The notes under the pieces: generated by a model
What the model was told of the DNA's origin: nothing
What the model saw: only the letters and a program-made list of their open reading frames with translations
Database searches by the model: none
Sequence record: NC_015274.1
Reading direction: 5' to 3' (one strand)
DNA from: Streptococcus phage Dp-1
DNA length: 32,000 bases
In this document: positions 8,700 through 17,520 of the stretch, in pieces
Position numbering within the stretch: the first letter of the stretch is position 1
Layout: the number at the start of each line of letters is the position of its first letter
Translations under genes and position numbers: made by a program

Positions 8700-9859
8700 T
8701 GAAATTGGAACAGTTGATGAAGGACTGGAATAAGGATTCGAAAGCTCTTGTAGCAGTTCAAGGACTTGAACGTGAAGCGCTTCCAAGAATCCCTTTTTCT
8801 GCGCCTTCTATGAATTATCAAACCTACGGCGGGCTCCCTCGAAAAAGGGTAGTTGAATTCTTCGGTCCTGAGTCAAGTGGGAAAACTACTTCAGCTCTCG
8901 ACATTGTCAAGAATGCGCAAATGGTATTTGAGCAGGAATGGGAACAGAAGACTGAAGAACTCAAGGAAAAGCTGGAAAATGCGCGTGCATCCAAAGCTAG
9001 CAAGACTGCTGTCAAGGAACTTGAAATGCAACTCGATAGTCTTCAAGAGCCTCTTAAGATTGTATATCTTGACCTTGAGAATACATTAGACACTGAGTGG
9101 GCTAAAAAGATTGGAGTCGATGTTGACAATATTTGGATAGTTCGCCCTGAAATGAACAGCGCTGAAGAAATACTTCAATATGTTTTAGACATTTTCGAAA
9201 CAGGTGAAGTTGGCCTAGTAGTTCTAGATTCCTTGCCTTACATGGTCAGTCAAAACCTTATTGATGAAGAGTTGACTAAAAAGGCCTATGCAGGAATCTC
9301 AGCGCCTTTGACTGAATTTAGTCGAAAGGTTACTCCTCTTCTTACTCGCTACAATGCAATATTCCTAGGCATCAATCAAATTCGAGAAGATATGAATAGT
9401 CAGTACAATGCCTATTCAACTCCAGGCGGAAAGATGTGGAAGCATGCTTGTGCAGTTCGACTTAAATTTAGAAAAGGTGACTACCTTGACGAAAACGGTG
9501 CATCATTGACCCGTACTGCTCGAAACCCTGCAGGGAATGTAGTAGAGTCATTCGTCGAGAAGACCAAAGCATTTAAGCCGGACAGAAAATTAGTTTCCTA
9601 TACGCTTTCCTATCATGATGGAATTCAAATTGAAAATGACCTTGTAGATGTCGCTGTCGAATTTGGAGTCATTCAAAAGGCAGGGGCATGGTTCAGTATC
9701 GTCGACCTTGAAACTGGAGAAATTATGACAGATGAAGACGAAGAACCATTGAAGTTCCAAGGCAAGGCAAATCTAGTTCGACGCTTCAAGGAGGATGACT
9801 ACTTATTCGACATGGTGATGACTGCGGTTCACGAAATTATCACTCGAGAAGAAGGCTAA
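8699..9859 (+). CDS. RecA/Sak4-like recombinase ATPase
   Basis: Walker A FFGPESSGKTTSA, Walker B VGLVVLDSLPYM, AIFLGINQIREDM. Confidence 0.88.
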   Translation: MKLEQLMKDWNKDSKALVAVQGLEREALPRIPFSAPSMNYQTYGGLPRKRVVEFFGPESSGKTTSALDIVKNAQMVFEQEWEQKTEELKEKLENARASKASKTAVKELEMQLDSLQEPLKIVYLDLENTLDTEWAKKIGVDVDNIWIVRPEMNSAEEILQYVLDIFETGEVGLVVLDSLPYMVSQNLIDEELTKKAYAGISAPLTEFSRKVTPLLTRYNAIFLGINQIREDMNSQYNAYSTPGGKMWKHACAVRLKFRKGDYLDENGASLTRTARNPAGNVVESFVEKTKAFKPDRKLVSYTLSYHDGIQIENDLVDVAVEFGVIQKAGAWFSIVDLETGEIMTDEDEEPLKFQGKANLVRRFKEDDYLFDMVMTAVHEIITREEG

Positions 9860-10218
9860 TGCAAAAATCTCTATTTGGACCTAAGCTAGTGCCTGCTAGT
9901 TCAAGGCGCAAGAAAAGAACGGTTCCAAAACCTAAACCTAAAATCGATGAGCAAGTGGTTGAGCTTATGAACCGCAGAGAGCGTCAAGTGCTTGTTCATA
10001 GTTGCATCTATTATTATTTTAATGACTCAATTATAGCAGACGGGCAGTATGACAAATGGAGCCACGAACTATATTCTCTTATAGTTTCGCACCCTGATGA
10101 GTTTCGACAGACTGTTCTCTATAACGAGTTTAAACAGTTTGACGGAAATACTGGAATGGGTCTTCCATACGACTGTCAGTTTGCTGTAAGGGTCGCAGAA
10201 AGGCTTTTAAGAAAATGA
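9859..10218 (+). CDS. Hypothetical protein
   Basis: 119 aa ORF, start/stop overlaps both neighbours. Confidence 0.75.
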   Translation: MQKSLFGPKLVPASSRRKKRTVPKPKPKIDEQVVELMNRRERQVLVHSCIYYYFNDSIIADGQYDKWSHELYSLIVSHPDEFRQTVLYNEFKQFDGNTGMGLPYDCQFAVRVAERLLRK

Positions 10219-11240
10219 ATTTAGCTTCTAAATACCGTCCTCAAACTTTCGAGGAAGTGGTAGCTCAAGAATATGTCAAAGAAATTCTTTTGAATCAATT
10301 ACAAAATGGCGCTATCAAACACGGCTATCTATTCTGTGGTGGCGCTGGAACTGGTAAAACCACTACTGCTCGAATTTTCGCGAAGGATGTGAACAAAGGA
10401 CTTGGCTCTCCTATTGAAATTGATGCTGCTTCTAATAATGGGGTAGAAAATGTTCGAAACATTATTGAAGATTCTAGATACAAGTCTATGGACAGCGAGT
10501 TCAAAGTTTACATCATTGACGAGGTTCATATGCTTTCAACCGGAGCATTTAATGCGCTGTTGAAAACATTAGAAGAGCCCTCATCGGGAACCGTGTTCAT
10601 TCTATGTACTACTGACCCTCAAAAGATTCCTGACACTATTCTCAGTCGAGTTCAACGGTTTGACTTTACTCGAATTGATAATGACGACATCGTTAATCAA
10701 CTTCAATTTATTATCGAAAGTGAAAATGAAGAAGGAGCTGGTTATAGTTATGAGCGTGACGCCCTTTCGTTTATTGGGAAACTTGCAAATGGAGGAATGC
10801 GTGACAGTATCACAAGGCTCGAAAAAGTCCTTGATTATAGTCATCACGTTGACATGGAAGCCGTTTCTAATGCACTAGGAGTTCCGGACTACGAAACATT
10901 CGCTTCACTTGTTGAAGCTATTGCCAACTATGACGGCTCAAAGTGTTTAGAAATTGTAAATGACTTCCACTACTCAGGAAAAGACTTGAAATTAGTGACT
11001 CGAAACTTTACAGACTTCCTTTTAGAGGTTTGTAAGTATTGGCTAGTTCGAGATATTTCAATCACTCAACTTCCTGCTCATTTTGAAAGTAAGCTAGAGC
11101 AATTCTGTGAGGCTTTTCAATATCCTACTCTATTGTGGATGCTAGAAGAAATGAATGAACTTGCTGGAGTTGTTAAATGGGAGCCTAATGCTAAACCGAT
11201 AATTGAAACCAAACTTCTTTTGATGAGCAAGGAGGAGTGA
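10215..11240 (+). CDS. dnaX: DNA polymerase III gamma/tau-like clamp loader ATPase
   Basis: KYRPQTFEEVVAQEYVKEIL, GGAGTGKTTTARIFAKDV, YIIDEVHMLSTGAFNALLKTLEEPSSGTVFILCTTDPQKIPDTILSRVQRF. Confidence 0.92.
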   Translation: MNLASKYRPQTFEEVVAQEYVKEILLNQLQNGAIKHGYLFCGGAGTGKTTTARIFAKDVNKGLGSPIEIDAASNNGVENVRNIIEDSRYKSMDSEFKVYIIDEVHMLSTGAFNALLKTLEEPSSGTVFILCTTDPQKIPDTILSRVQRFDFTRIDNDDIVNQLQFIIESENEEGAGYSYERDALSFIGKLANGGMRDSITRLEKVLDYSHHVDMEAVSNALGVPDYETFASLVEAIANYDGSKCLEIVNDFHYSGKDLKLVTRNFTDFLLEVCKYWLVRDISITQLPAHFESKLEQFCEAFQYPTLLWMLEEMNELAGVVKWEPNAKPIIETKLLLMSKEE

Positions 11241-11241
11241 C

Positions 11242-12081
11242 ATGATTGGACAGGGACTTGTTAAATCTACCATTTCGAAATGGAAACAACTTCCAAAATA
11301 TATAATCGTCGAAGGTGAAGTAGGTTCAGGACGGAAGACCTTAATCCGTTATATTGCTTCGAAATTTGACGCTGATTCTATTGTAGTAGGAACGAGTGTA
11401 GATGACATTCGAAACATCATTCAGGATGCACAGACTATTTTCAAGGCGAGAATCTACGTGATAGACGGAAATAGCCTGTCAATGTCAGCTCTTAACTCGC
11501 TTTTGAAGATAGCGGAAGAGCCACCTTTAAACTGTCATATAGCCATGACTGTTGATAGCATCAATAATGCTTTACCTACGCTTGCAAGTAGAGCAAAAGT
11601 TCTAACCATGCTACCTTATACTAATGAAGAGAAAATGCAGTTTGTCAAGTCCTACAAGAAGGTAGATACTTCAGGAATTGACGACCGAGCGATTGTAGAC
11701 TATTGCAATCTTGCCAGCAATCTTCAAATGCTTGAAGACATATTAGAATATGGCGCAGAAGAGCTATTTGAAAAGGTTACAACATTTTATGACTTAATAT
11801 GGGAGGCAAGTGCTAGCAATTCGCTAAAGGTTACTAATTGGCTCAAATTTAAGGAAACTGATGAAGGAAAAATTGAGCCTAAACTTTTCCTCAACTGTCT
11901 TTTAAATTGGTCGACAGTTGTCATCAGGAAGCACTATGTAGAAATGTCTTTCGAAGAACTTGAGGCCCATGACCTTTTAGTGAGGGAAGCATCTAGGTGT
12001 TTGCGAAAGGTATCTAAAAAGGGCTCAAATGCGCGTGTCTGCGTGAACGAATTTATCAGGAGGGTCAAACAAGTTGAGTGA
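11242..12081 (+). CDS. DNA polymerase III delta-prime-like clamp loader subunit
   Basis: VEGEVGSGRKTLIRYIA, VIDGNSLSMSALNSLLKIAEEPPLNCHIAM, LPTLASRAKVLTMLPYT. Confidence 0.82.
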   Translation: MIGQGLVKSTISKWKQLPKYIIVEGEVGSGRKTLIRYIASKFDADSIVVGTSVDDIRNIIQDAQTIFKARIYVIDGNSLSMSALNSLLKIAEEPPLNCHIAMTVDSINNALPTLASRAKVLTMLPYTNEEKMQFVKSYKKVDTSGIDDRAIVDYCNLASNLQMLEDILEYGAEELFEKVTTFYDLIWEASASNSLKVTNWLKFKETDEGKIEPKLFLNCLLNWSTVVIRKHYVEMSFEELEAHDLLVREASRCLRKVSKKGSNARVCVNEFIRRVKQVE

Positions 12082-12967
12082 TTTAGTATCATTTCAAAAA
12101 GACATTCGAACCAATAATCTAAAGCCGTTCTATATCTTGTACGGCGAAGAAATTGGTCTTATGAATGTTTATCTCAATCAAATGGGAAATGTAGTTCGAG
12201 AAACTTCGGTTTCAACAGTCTGGAAAACCCTCACTCAAAAAGGGCTCGTTTCTAATCATCGAATATTCGCTGTTCGAGATGATAAGGAGTTTCTGTCTAA
12301 TGAGTCGAGGTGGAAAAGGCTTCCGGATGTTAGATATGGGACACTTGTTTTGATGGTTACTAAAATTGACAAGCGAAGCAAGTTGCTAAAGGCCTTTCCT
12401 GATAATTGTGTTGAGTTTGAGAAAATGACTGACGCGCAGTTGAAAAGGCATTTTGTGTCTAAATACTCGACTATTGATAGCGACATGATTGACATGGTTA
12501 TCCAGTTCTGTCTAAACGATTACTCTAGAATTGACAATGAATTGGACAAGCTGTCGCGATTGAAAAAGGTTGACGCATCAGTAGTTGAATCCATTGTCAA
12601 GCACAAGACCGAAATTGACATTTTCAGCCTAGTTGATGATGTATTGGAATATAGGCCGGAGCAGGCAATTATGAAAGTGACTGAACTTTTAGCCAAAGGA
12701 GAAAGTCCTATTGGATTGCTTACCTTGCTTTATCAAAATTTTAATAACGCTTGTCTTGTGCTAGGAGCCGATGAGCCTAAAGAAGCCAATCTAGGCATTA
12801 AGCAGTTCTTAATCAATAAGATTGTCTATAACTTTCAATACGAGCTGGACTCAGCCTTTGAAGGCATGGCTATTTTAGGTCAAGCTATCGAGGGCATAAA
12901 GAATGGTCGCTATACAGAAAGTTCAGTGGTCTATATTTCTTTGTATAAAATTTTTTCACTTACTTAA
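12074..12967 (+). CDS. holA: DNA polymerase III delta-like (HolA) clamp loader subunit
   Basis: NLKPFYILYGEEIGLMNVYLNQM, LDKLSRLKKVDASVVESIVKHKTEIDIFSLVDDVLEYRPEQAI. Confidence 0.82.
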   Translation: MSDLVSFQKDIRTNNLKPFYILYGEEIGLMNVYLNQMGNVVRETSVSTVWKTLTQKGLVSNHRIFAVRDDKEFLSNESRWKRLPDVRYGTLVLMVTKIDKRSKLLKAFPDNCVEFEKMTDAQLKRHFVSKYSTIDSDMIDMVIQFCLNDYSRIDNELDKLSRLKKVDASVVESIVKHKTEIDIFSLVDDVLEYRPEQAIMKVTELLAKGESPIGLLTLLYQNFNNACLVLGADEPKEANLGIKQFLINKIVYNFQYELDSAFEGMAILGQAIEGIKNGRYTESSVVYISLYKIFSLT

Positions 12968-12993
12968 CAAATAAGCTGAAATCTGTGTATATT
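12964..12993 (+). promoter_or_regulatory. Promoter, class II (TTAACA-18-TATATT)
   Basis: TTAACA 12964, TGTG then TATATT 12988. Confidence 0.6.
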
Positions 12994-13019
12994 ACAGTAT
13001 AAGCAAAGGAGGACAGCCT

Positions 13020-13163
13020 ATGACAGAAGTTGCGGTAAATAGCCCGCAAAAGGTGAGAGTAGTTATGGTCGGGAATATTGAATTTCTCGAATATTTAAAA
13101 AGGAAGTACGGAACAGAAACTTCCATCAGTTATATTATAGAAAATGAAAGGGGTCTAATATGA
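13020..13163 (+). CDS. Small hypothetical protein (47 aa)
   Basis: ATG after aaaggaggac; MTEVAVNSPQKVRVVMVGNIEFLEYLKRKYG...; ATGA overlap with next gene. Confidence 0.7.
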   Translation: MTEVAVNSPQKVRVVMVGNIEFLEYLKRKYGTETSISYIIENERGLI

Positions 13164-14404
13164 CAGACTTTAAAAAACGCTTCAAGAAAGCAGTAACAGA
13201 AACAATCAATCGTGACGGTATCGAGAACCTTATGGATTGGCTCGAAAATGATACCAATTTCTTCTCAAGTCCAGCAAGCACTCGATACCATGGAAGCTAT
13301 GAAGGTGGACTTGTCGAGCACTCATTAAACGTGTTCAATCAACTACTTTTCGAAATGGATACCATGGTAGGCAAAGGCTGGGAAGACATTTACCCAATGG
13401 AAACAGTTGCAATCGTAGCACTATTTCACGACCTTTGCAAAGTTGGTCAGTATCGTGAAACTGAAAAATGGCGCAAGAACAGCGACGGTGAATGGGAAAG
13501 CTATTTAGCATATGAATACGACCCTGAGCAACTTACAATGGGACATGGTGCAAAATCTAATTTCCTTCTTCAACGTTTCATTCAACTCACGCCAGTTGAA
13601 GCTCAAGCAATTTTCTGGCATATGGGAGCCTATGATATTAGTCCTTATGCAAATTTGAATGGATGTGGAGCAGCCTTCGAAACTAATCCACTTGCATTCT
13701 TAATCCATCGCGCAGATATGGCCGCAACTTATGTAGTCGAAAATGAAAACTTCGAATACTCTCAAGGTCCAGTTGAACAAGAGGCTGAGGTTGAAGAAGT
13801 AGTTGAAGAAAAACCTAAGAGTTCAACTCGTAAGAAACCTGCGCCTAAGGAAGAAAAAGTTGAAGAGGCTGAAGAAAAACCAAAAGCTGGAATCACTCGA
13901 CGTCGCAAACCTGCGCCAAAAGAGGAAGAGGTAGAAGAGCCTAAAGAAGAGCCTAAGAAAGCATCTTCTAAAATTCGAATGCCTAAAAAGACTGAAAAGG
14001 TCGAAGAGGTAGAAAGCGCAGACGAGCCGAAAGTTGAAGAAGCAGAGGACGACAATGTGGTGGTACCTGCTGGATATGTTCGAGATGTCTACTACTTCTA
14101 CAGTGAAGTCGCTGACGTTTACTACAAGAAAGATGTCGACGAGCCTGACGATGACAGCGACATTCTTGTAGACGAAGAAGAGTACATGGACGCAATGTGT
14201 CCTGTATTAGAAGAAGACTTCTTCTACGAACTTGACGGCAAGGTTCACAAATTAGCAAAAGGTGAACGCTTGCCGGAAGAATACGACGAAGAAACTTGGG
14301 AACCTATCACTGAAGCAGAATACATCAAGCGAACAGAAAAACCTAAAGCAGTTGCAAAACCTACTCGAAAAACTCCAGCGCCTTCTCGTCGCCCTCGCCC
14401 TTAA
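13160..14404 (+). CDS. HD-domain phosphohydrolase with acidic/Lys-Pro-rich linker
   Basis: YHGSYEGGLVEHSLNV, VALFHDLCKVG, IFWHMGAY, IHRADMAA HD motifs; E/K/P-rich region then a unique C-terminus. Confidence 0.83.
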   Translation: MTDFKKRFKKAVTETINRDGIENLMDWLENDTNFFSSPASTRYHGSYEGGLVEHSLNVFNQLLFEMDTMVGKGWEDIYPMETVAIVALFHDLCKVGQYRETEKWRKNSDGEWESYLAYEYDPEQLTMGHGAKSNFLLQRFIQLTPVEAQAIFWHMGAYDISPYANLNGCGAAFETNPLAFLIHRADMAATYVVENENFEYSQGPVEQEAEVEEVVEEKPKSSTRKKPAPKEEKVEEAEEKPKAGITRRRKPAPKEEEVEEPKEEPKKASSKIRMPKKTEKVEEVESADEPKVEEAEDDNVVVPAGYVRDVYYFYSEVADVYYKKDVDEPDDDSDILVDEEEYMDAMCPVLEEDFFYELDGKVHKLAKGERLPEEYDEETWEPITEAEYIKRTEKPKAVAKPTRKTPAPSRRPRP

Positions 14405-14422
14405 AAGAAAGGTTGAAATAAA

Positions 14423-14800
14423 ATGTGTGAAAATTGTCAAAACGAAACATTCAATACTAGAATTTTCAATGAAGATGAAAGTGGCTATGTCGACGCCTCA
14501 TTCACTTACAAGGAGATTCGCGACACCGCAGCAGCTATTAGCAATCGAGCGGTAGAAAAGAAAGACCGTGACAGCCTTTTAGTCGCTACAGTTATGGCTC
14601 TTCCCGTTTCTCACGCAGAAGATTTAGGCAAGAGACTTTGTATTGCAAATTCTCGATTGGAAGCATTTCGTGAAGCTGTTCAAGAGGCTCTCGAGAATGA
14701 AAAGGCTGAAGATTTAAAGGACGTTATCTTAGGTCTTATCGACGTTGACAAAAAAATTGGCAACCTTGCATTGCAATTAGTTGAATCAGGAGCATTATAA
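14423..14800 (+). CDS. Hypothetical protein with N-terminal CENC motif
   Basis: ORF with upstream aaaggttg; MCENCQNETF... Confidence 0.75.
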   Translation: MCENCQNETFNTRIFNEDESGYVDASFTYKEIRDTAAAISNRAVEKKDRDSLLVATVMALPVSHAEDLGKRLCIANSRLEAFREAVQEALENEKAEDLKDVILGLIDVDKKIGNLALQLVESGAL

Positions 14801-15084
14801 TGGAACGAATAAAGACGCTATTTCACGTGATTTATGCTAACGGCACTCATTTAGAAGTAGCAGCTTTGTTCGATACCGTTGATGATTATGATGACGTTAT
14901 AGAGGACATCCAGGGGTATATTGATACCCCTGACCTTTATAATCAAAGGAGCATTAGAATGGCGCCTTACAATCCTGACATCAATGGTGACGCTATTGCT
15001 ACTGACATTTTACTACGACTAGATGATATTATCTACGTCGACGCAACTTGTGAAACTATTAAATACGAGGAGCCTATTGCATGA
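14800..15084 (+). CDS. Hypothetical protein
   Basis: 94 aa ORF, overlapping start/stop coupling. Confidence 0.7.
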   Translation: MERIKTLFHVIYANGTHLEVAALFDTVDDYDDVIEDIQGYIDTPDLYNQRSIRMAPYNPDINGDAIATDILLRLDDIIYVDATCETIKYEEPIA

Positions 15085-15476
15085 ACAATCAGCGAAAGCA
15101 AATGAACAAACGAATCGTCGAACTTCGCGAAGACTATCAACGTGCAAGAGGTCGAATAAACTTCCTTCTTGCTGTAAAGGACCACGGCGAAGAACTCGAA
15201 AACCTTGAAGCCTTTGTGGGATACATTGACAATCTAGTCGAATGTTTTCCTGAAAGCCAACGAAATGTCTTGAGGCTATGTGTATTAGATGACCTTCCAG
15301 TCACTAATGCGGCCGCTGAAATTGGATACCACTATACATGGGTTCACCAACTTCGAGACAAAGCAGTTGAAACACTTGAAGAAATTTTAGATGGGGATAA
15401 CATTATTCGCTCTAAACACGGAATCGAAATTAAGGAGAAACTTGATGAATTATATGGTAAAAGTCATTCTAGTTAG
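15081..15476 (+). CDS. Sigma region 4-like/ArpU-like HTH protein
   Basis: SQRNVLRLCVLDDLPVTNAAAEIGYHYTWVHQLRDKAVETLEEIL resembles sigma-70 region 4 HTH. Confidence 0.65.
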   Translation: MNNQRKQMNKRIVELREDYQRARGRINFLLAVKDHGEELENLEAFVGYIDNLVECFPESQRNVLRLCVLDDLPVTNAAAEIGYHYTWVHQLRDKAVETLEEILDGDNIIRSKHGIEIKEKLDELYGKSHSS

Positions 15477-15636
15477 TGTCTTTGTACTGTCAGCCTTTTG
15501 CATGACTTGCTCAATGGTTTATTTGGTTACAGGTAAGCAAGAGGACCACCGTAGTACCGTCGCCCTTGTATTTGGCGCTCTCGTAAGCTCTGCGGCGTTC
15601 TATTCGACACTCTTTATCCTCGCCTATCTGCCATGA
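15445..15636 (+). CDS. Small two-TM membrane protein
   Basis: MNYMVKVILVSVFVLSAFCMTCSMVYL... two hydrophobic segments; SD aaggag. Confidence 0.65.
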   Translation: MNYMVKVILVSVFVLSAFCMTCSMVYLVTGKQEDHRSTVALVFGALVSSAAFYSTLFILAYLP

Positions 15637-15989
15637 CATCACGCGCATACAAACCAATTCCCACGCGCAGAGCTAGTGCTAAACAAGAGAAGGCAGTTGC
15701 TAAGCAGTTGGGAGGAAAAGTACAGCCTAATTCAGGAGCCACTGACTACTACAAAGGTGACGTCGTAACAGACTCAATGCTTATAGAATGCAAGACAGTT
15801 ATGAAGCCACAAAGTTCAGTCAGCTTGAAAAAGGAATGGTTCCTAAAAAATGAACAGGAAAGGTTCGCTCAAAAACTCGACTATTCTGCTATCGCTTTCG
15901 ACTTTGGTGACGGAGGCGAACAGTATATAGCAATGTCTATAAGTCAGTTCAAGCGAATATTAGAGGATAGAAATGATAACCTTATTTAA
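15633..15989 (+). CDS. PD-(D/E)XK-type endonuclease / Holliday junction resolvase-like
   Basis: SGATDYYKGDVVTDSMLIECKTVMKPQSSVSLKKEWFLKNEQERFAQ. Confidence 0.65.
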   Translation: MTSRAYKPIPTRRASAKQEKAVAKQLGGKVQPNSGATDYYKGDVVTDSMLIECKTVMKPQSSVSLKKEWFLKNEQERFAQKLDYSAIAFDFGDGGEQYIAMSISQFKRILEDRNDNLI

Positions 15990-16284
15990 AATAAACAGTG
16001 AAGGAACAGTTACTCCAATTAAAGGGTCAGCCATGCAACTGTACGCAGACCTTATTCCTATACAAGAGGACGATATACAGTTCGTTGATATAACTGGACT
16101 TGACCCTATTGTTCGAGAAAACGTACTTGAGCTCATTTCACGGAGCCGTGTAGGAGTTTCAAAATATGGTACAAACCTCGACCAGAATGATGTCGACGAT
16201 TTCCTACAGCACGCCAAAGAAGAAGCGCTCGACTTTGCTAACTACCTAACCAAGCTACAAAGTCAACAAAAGCAAAATAAATAG
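15973..16284 (+). CDS. Hypothetical protein, dATP/dGTP pyrophosphohydrolase-like (DUF5664-like)
   Basis: RSRVGVSKYGTNLDQNDVDDFLQHAKEEALDFANYL pattern. Confidence 0.45.
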   Translation: MITLFKINSEGTVTPIKGSAMQLYADLIPIQEDDIQFVDITGLDPIVRENVLELISRSRVGVSKYGTNLDQNDVDDFLQHAKEEALDFANYLTKLQSQQKQNK

Positions 16285-16307
16285 ACCTATTTCTAGGTCT
16301 ATTTTTA
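16281..16307. terminator. Bidirectional terminator between convergent operons
   Basis: ATAGACCT-atttct-AGGTCTAT flanked by T-rich (right) and A-rich (left) tracts. Confidence 0.85.
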
Positions 16308-16709
16308 TTATTGATAAATTCCAGCAATTTGACGAGCGCAATCTTCTAGCGCAGATACTAGGTGGCGGCTTTCTTGTTTACCTTGTTCATTTCTTGCTTT
16401 AATTCTTTCGTTAAGGCGTTCGATTCTTGTAGTTAATTTCTTGATGATTTCAATTCTAGCATCAACTTCCATGTCGCGAGTAAGTGTGACTCCAGTTTCA
16501 GCGACAGGACATGCTTTGAATACTGCAATGTCAAGTTCGCTCTTTCTAATAACTGAGCCTAGGTCTAAGTACAAGTTAGGATTGATTCCAGTGACCTTAT
16601 ATTGTTTCTCAGTTTCTTTTACAGGAATGCTTTCATAGTGGAAAGTGTAGTTCTTGTGACCGTCTTTCCAATCTGCTGTAAGATAACCGAAATAAAGTGT
16701 TGTTTCCAT
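16308..16709 (-). CDS. Hypothetical protein
   Basis: 133 aa ORF downstream of class I promoter. Confidence 0.75.
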   Translation of the reverse strand: METTLYFGYLTADWKDGHKNYTFHYESIPVKETEKQYKVTGINPNLYLDLGSVIRKSELDIAVFKACPVAETGVTLTRDMEVDARIEIIKKLTTRIERLNERIKARNEQGKQESRHLVSALEDCARQIAGIYQ

Positions 16710-16756
16710 AATTGACCTCTTTCTGCGTCCTTGACGCTTGTTTTATTTATATTATG

Positions 16757-16785
16757 ATTATACGATAATAAAGGAATAAAGTCAA
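16757..16785 (-). promoter_or_regulatory. Promoter, class I (TTGACT-17-TATAAT)
   Basis: Reverse complement of agtcaa (16780-16785) and attata (16757-16762). Confidence 0.9.
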
Positions 16786-16835
16786 GCACTTTTTACAAAA
16801 AAGTTGAACTTTTTTAAATATTTTTTTTTGAAAAT

Positions 16836-16860
16836 AAAAAGCCCTAATAATAGAGCTTTT
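16836..16860 (-). terminator. Probable terminator
   Basis: AAAAAGCcCT-aataat-AGaGCTTTTT with an imperfect stem and T run on the minus strand. Confidence 0.55.
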
Positions 16861-17278
16861 AGTTTAGCAGAAAATTAAGTTCATCTTCATAAGCAAGAAT
16901 CTGTCCGTACTGGTAAGAAATAGCTGATTCAATATCCGGCATTTCGTGGACTCCTTTTTTAAGTTCGTCGATAGTACAGTTACAATGACCTATTCTTGAC
17001 TGAAGTTCCTCAATCCTTTCGAGTCGCTTTTCATTTTGTGTATCAATTGTTTTCGAGTCTAGGTGAGTGAAGGAACTTGCAATAGTTTGAATGGCTTCAA
17101 AAAAGTCCGTTATTGAAACTCCTTTATAAGAAAGCTCATTCCGTGTATAGCAGGAAAGCAAAGCGTTCCAGCTAGTGATTTGAATTTGAGGGTTAGGAGA
17201 GTTTCGATAAGCTACAAAATTTAGAATATCTTTGTAGTCAATATCAGCTTCAGTATGATTGTTGATAAATACCTTCAT
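16859..17278 (-). CDS. Hypothetical protein
   Basis: Start MKVFINNHTEADIDYKD chosen because the upstream gene stops at 17280. Confidence 0.7.
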   Translation of the reverse strand: MKVFINNHTEADIDYKDILNFVAYRNSPNPQIQITSWNALLSCYTRNELSYKGVSITDFFEAIQTIASSFTHLDSKTIDTQNEKRLERIEELQSRIGHCNCTIDELKKGVHEMPDIESAISYQYGQILAYEDELNFLLN

Positions 17279-17279
17279 T

Positions 17280-17507
17280 TTATAACCCTTCCAAATCTTC
17301 GTCCTCGTCATCGTTTTCATAGCAGGCGATAACTTCAACCCACTCGTCGTCCTCACCTTCGTTTCGAACTCGAATGCTAAGGACTTCCATGTCCTCAACA
17401 TCTTCGAATCCTTCATTAGGTGCATATCCTTCCCACTCTAAATCGTCGTAGTCGAAGATAGTTACAAGACGTCCGTCAAATTTTACTGTTTCCTTTACTG
17501 TTGCCAT
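17280..17507 (-). CDS. Small highly acidic protein (75 aa)
   Basis: MATVKETVKFDGRLVTIFDYDDLEWEGYAPNEGFEDVEDMEV...ENDDEDEDLEGL; start at internal Met after aaggagg. Confidence 0.75.
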   Translation of the reverse strand: MATVKETVKFDGRLVTIFDYDDLEWEGYAPNEGFEDVEDMEVLSIRVRNEGEDDEWVEVIACYENDDEDEDLEGL

Positions 17508-17520
17508 TTTAGTTTCCTCC

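Noticed and set aside
13762-14258. Minus-strand ORFs (97 and 91 aa) opposite the HD gene
   Set aside because: Their Ser/Thr- or Leu/Arg-rich sequences are the shadow of the E/K/P-rich codons on the plus strand; no SD and no operon context.
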